From contig DTUW01000178.1 of the NCBI GenBank assembly GCA_012963895.1, forward strand, positions 4,434 to 34,999: a DNA stretch of 30,566 bases, in the 5' to 3' direction. The translations under genes and the position numbers were made by a program. Source of the DNA: Campylobacterales bacterium. GTDB lineage: Bacteria; Campylobacterota; Campylobacteria; Campylobacterales; Thiovulaceae. Positions 28,392 through 30,566 of the stretch are shown here, piece after piece. Under the pieces are notes generated by a model, which worked only from the letters and a program-made list of their open reading frames with translations, was not told the origin of the DNA and ran no database searches. Each line of letters starts with the position of its first letter. The stretch's first letter is position 1.

Positions 28392-30410
28392 ATGAATAGA
28401 TTGTTAGCTCTTTTCCTCCTCCTGCTCTTTTCAACCTCATCACTATTTAGCAAATCTGACAAGAGGCTTATCGTCTCACAACTTGATAGTAATTTATATA
28501 GAATGAGGATATATCTAAATTTCGAGAATCCGAGCCAAACATCGGCAAAACTTACTAAATCGGCTAACAAGTTTTTCATCACTATTCCGAAGCCTGATAG
28601 ATTCAATATCGTAAAGATTAGGGAAACTCTCTATTACCAATCTTCAATTGATAAAAGTAGCTATTTAAATATATTGGCAAATGGTAATTTTGTTCAACAA
28701 CTAACATCAGAAAATGGTGAAAATACCATCACTATTCCAAAAAAATATTTTCGACAAGATTACAACTCGGTAGGGGTTCAGAGTTTCCATAAGTCGCCAG
28801 ATTCCTGGATTCAAATCGACCTATCCAAAAGCTATATAGACATCTATTTTCAACTGAAAGAGTTTGAGGAGAGGCTAAGTTCTATATATAGATATATGTT
28901 TGATACTAAAAATATCTATCGAGATAGTATAAATTTTGTCTTTCCAAAATTGCCTACTGAACAAGATTTGACCAATTACGGAATTGTCGCGAATGCTATT
29001 GGGAATATATTGAAATTTAGGTATATAAATTTCTATGTCTCCACCTCTATTAGTGATAGTATGAACAATATAGTTATTGGTAGCTGGAAAAAGATTAGGG
29101 GGATTTTGCAAAAACATATAGATATTAAGAAATTCGATGAGGTAGCGAAAAAGGGGATTGGAACAATAGGAGTATATAGAAATAGAAACAATCCAAGTAA
29201 AGGGATTTTGGTAATTGGAGGCAAAGACACCAAAGAGATAGAGAAGGCAATATATAAGCTGTTTGATAAAAATTTAGAAATATACGACCAGCAATATATC
29301 AGTATTGCATCAAAAGAGATAGAGATAGAGAAAGCTCAACCCTATACAGCTCCTAAGTTTGCTCCGTTTGGAAAAAAGATATATCTCAGAGATTTAGGGC
29401 TAAATTCTTTAACTTTCGTTGGAAAAGGTAATTTCAATATATCATACAAGTTGAACATATATCCATCTTTCAAATTCGACAATAGCAATATTGGAATGAG
29501 GTTGAAATACTTCTCCTCTGATATTGCAGGGGTAGATAGAATATTCAATATTTCAATAAATGATATGTTCGTCTATCAATATTCAGATGAATACCTATCA
29601 CAAAAGGAGAGTTATAGAGATACGGGAGAATTTGGATTTCCTGCCAATATTCTAAATGGTGGAGGTAAATTCAATTTCAATATAGAAATATCTAGTCTTT
29701 TGAAAGACCCTTCAATAGAGCCATCAGATATCAAATTTACTCTAAGAGATGACTCATATATAGTATTACCAAAAGGAAAATCCTATATAGAACTACCAGA
29801 ATTGAAATATATTATGGAGTCATCATTCCCTTTCTCTATTTATCCAGACCTGCAAGATACTGGGATAGTGATTACAGATTTTCACTCTCAAACAATAGCA
29901 TCTGCTATGTTTTTAGCATTCAAGTTAGGAATGGATATCCAATCTCCGGGATATTTTTTGAAGCTAACCTATGACATAAATTCAGTCAAAGATAAAAATA
30001 TTATTCTCGTAGGTAAGGAGATAAGAAACTATGGAGCTATCTACGAAAAAGCTCCTATTCAATTTACGAAAGGTGGAATTATTAGAAGAGGATACGATAA
30101 AAAAACTCGCAAAAGTTTCCAATACAGAGAAGATATAGACCTAAGTAATTTTGTAGTTGCCCAAACTTACCAATCTTTATTTGACCCTAAAAAGATAGTG
30201 TTTGAGGTAACTGCTCTATCTCCAAAAGTTCTATATATTGGAGTTCATAAAGGATTTACCCCTGATAATAGTTGGAGTTTTAAGGGGGATATTTGGTTCT
30301 ACAATGTTGAAAGCGAAAAAGCATATTCATACCAATTCCAAAGAAAATATATAGTAGAGAATATTGAAAGTGAAGATAATAACCAATCTATATCAGTTGA
30401 GGAGCTATGA
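28392..30410 (+). CDS. bcsB: BcsB-like paralog 3, no C-terminal TM anchor
   Basis: Signal peptide MNRLLALFLLLLFSTSSLFS, KRLIVSQ..YRMRIYLNFENP, APKF..IYLRDLG, LPELKY..FPFSIYPDLQDTG, YQSLFDPKKIVF..FKGDIWFYNV. Confidence 0.8.
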   Translation: MNRLLALFLLLLFSTSSLFSKSDKRLIVSQLDSNLYRMRIYLNFENPSQTSAKLTKSANKFFITIPKPDRFNIVKIRETLYYQSSIDKSSYLNILANGNFVQQLTSENGENTITIPKKYFRQDYNSVGVQSFHKSPDSWIQIDLSKSYIDIYFQLKEFEERLSSIYRYMFDTKNIYRDSINFVFPKLPTEQDLTNYGIVANAIGNILKFRYINFYVSTSISDSMNNIVIGSWKKIRGILQKHIDIKKFDEVAKKGIGTIGVYRNRNNPSKGILVIGGKDTKEIEKAIYKLFDKNLEIYDQQYISIASKEIEIEKAQPYTAPKFAPFGKKIYLRDLGLNSLTFVGKGNFNISYKLNIYPSFKFDNSNIGMRLKYFSSDIAGVDRIFNISINDMFVYQYSDEYLSQKESYRDTGEFGFPANILNGGGKFNFNIEISSLLKDPSIEPSDIKFTLRDDSYIVLPKGKSYIELPELKYIMESSFPFSIYPDLQDTGIVITDFHSQTIASAMFLAFKLGMDIQSPGYFLKLTYDINSVKDKNIILVGKEIRNYGAIYEKAPIQFTKGGIIRRGYDKKTRKSFQYREDIDLSNFVVAQTYQSLFDPKKIVFEVTALSPKVLYIGVHKGFTPDNSWSFKGDIWFYNVESEKAYSYQFQRKYIVENIESEDNNQSISVEEL

Positions 30411-30566
30411 TTTTGGTAATTAGATACTTACTATTTTTCACCCTAATCCTTGCCTCTCTTCTCTCTGAGGAGATAAAAATATATAGAGATGGCATATCCC
30501 TAATTCAAAGAGGAGAGAAAAAATATATTAGGATATATCTTAACCACGATAATAATTCCACCTTTC
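30407..30566 (+). CDS. Exported protein, probable fourth BcsB-like paralog (partial, runs off the right edge)
   Basis: ATGA overlap with the paralog 3 stop. MILVIRYLLFFTLILASLLSEEIKIYRDGISLIQRGEKKYIRIYLNHDNNSTF; RIYLNHDN echoes RIYLN(Y/F)EN of the other paralogs. Confidence 0.65.
   Translation, partial: MILVIRYLLFFTLILASLLSEEIKIYRDGISLIQRGEKKYIRIYLNHDNNSTF

Overview
Chromosomal segment that looks like Campylobacterota (Epsilonproteobacteria): it has an epsilon-type nifS-nifU pair, fapA and TAnAAT promoters. A vent or sulfur-cycling lifestyle is inferred, not shown. Housekeeping genes: mobA, proA, beta-carbonic anhydrase, nifS, nifU, fapA, nhaD, serS, mgtE, dnaB, truD. Four elements stand out. 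(1) A 282-aa intein interrupts NifU between the His and Cys of the IscU-domain KMH|C Fe-S ligand motif and carries a non-LAGLIDADG, Vsr/DUF559-like central domain. (2) A minus-strand five-gene operon encodes a periplasmic type II DMSO-reductase-family molybdoenzyme (alpha, beta, heme b + heme c gamma), preceded by an exported two-domain rhodanese with a CX5R loop and followed by an exported Cys-rich protein ending in PPPPKASFFKGCL. (3) DnaB carries a 139-aa mini-intein. (4) At least four tandem BcsB-like paralogs close the window. The three complete ones lack the C-terminal membrane anchor, the second is frameshifted at an A10 tract, and no bcsA lies upstream. No rRNA, tRNA, CRISPR array or IS element was recognised. 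All calls come from motif reading and recalled family knowledge; no database searches were run.
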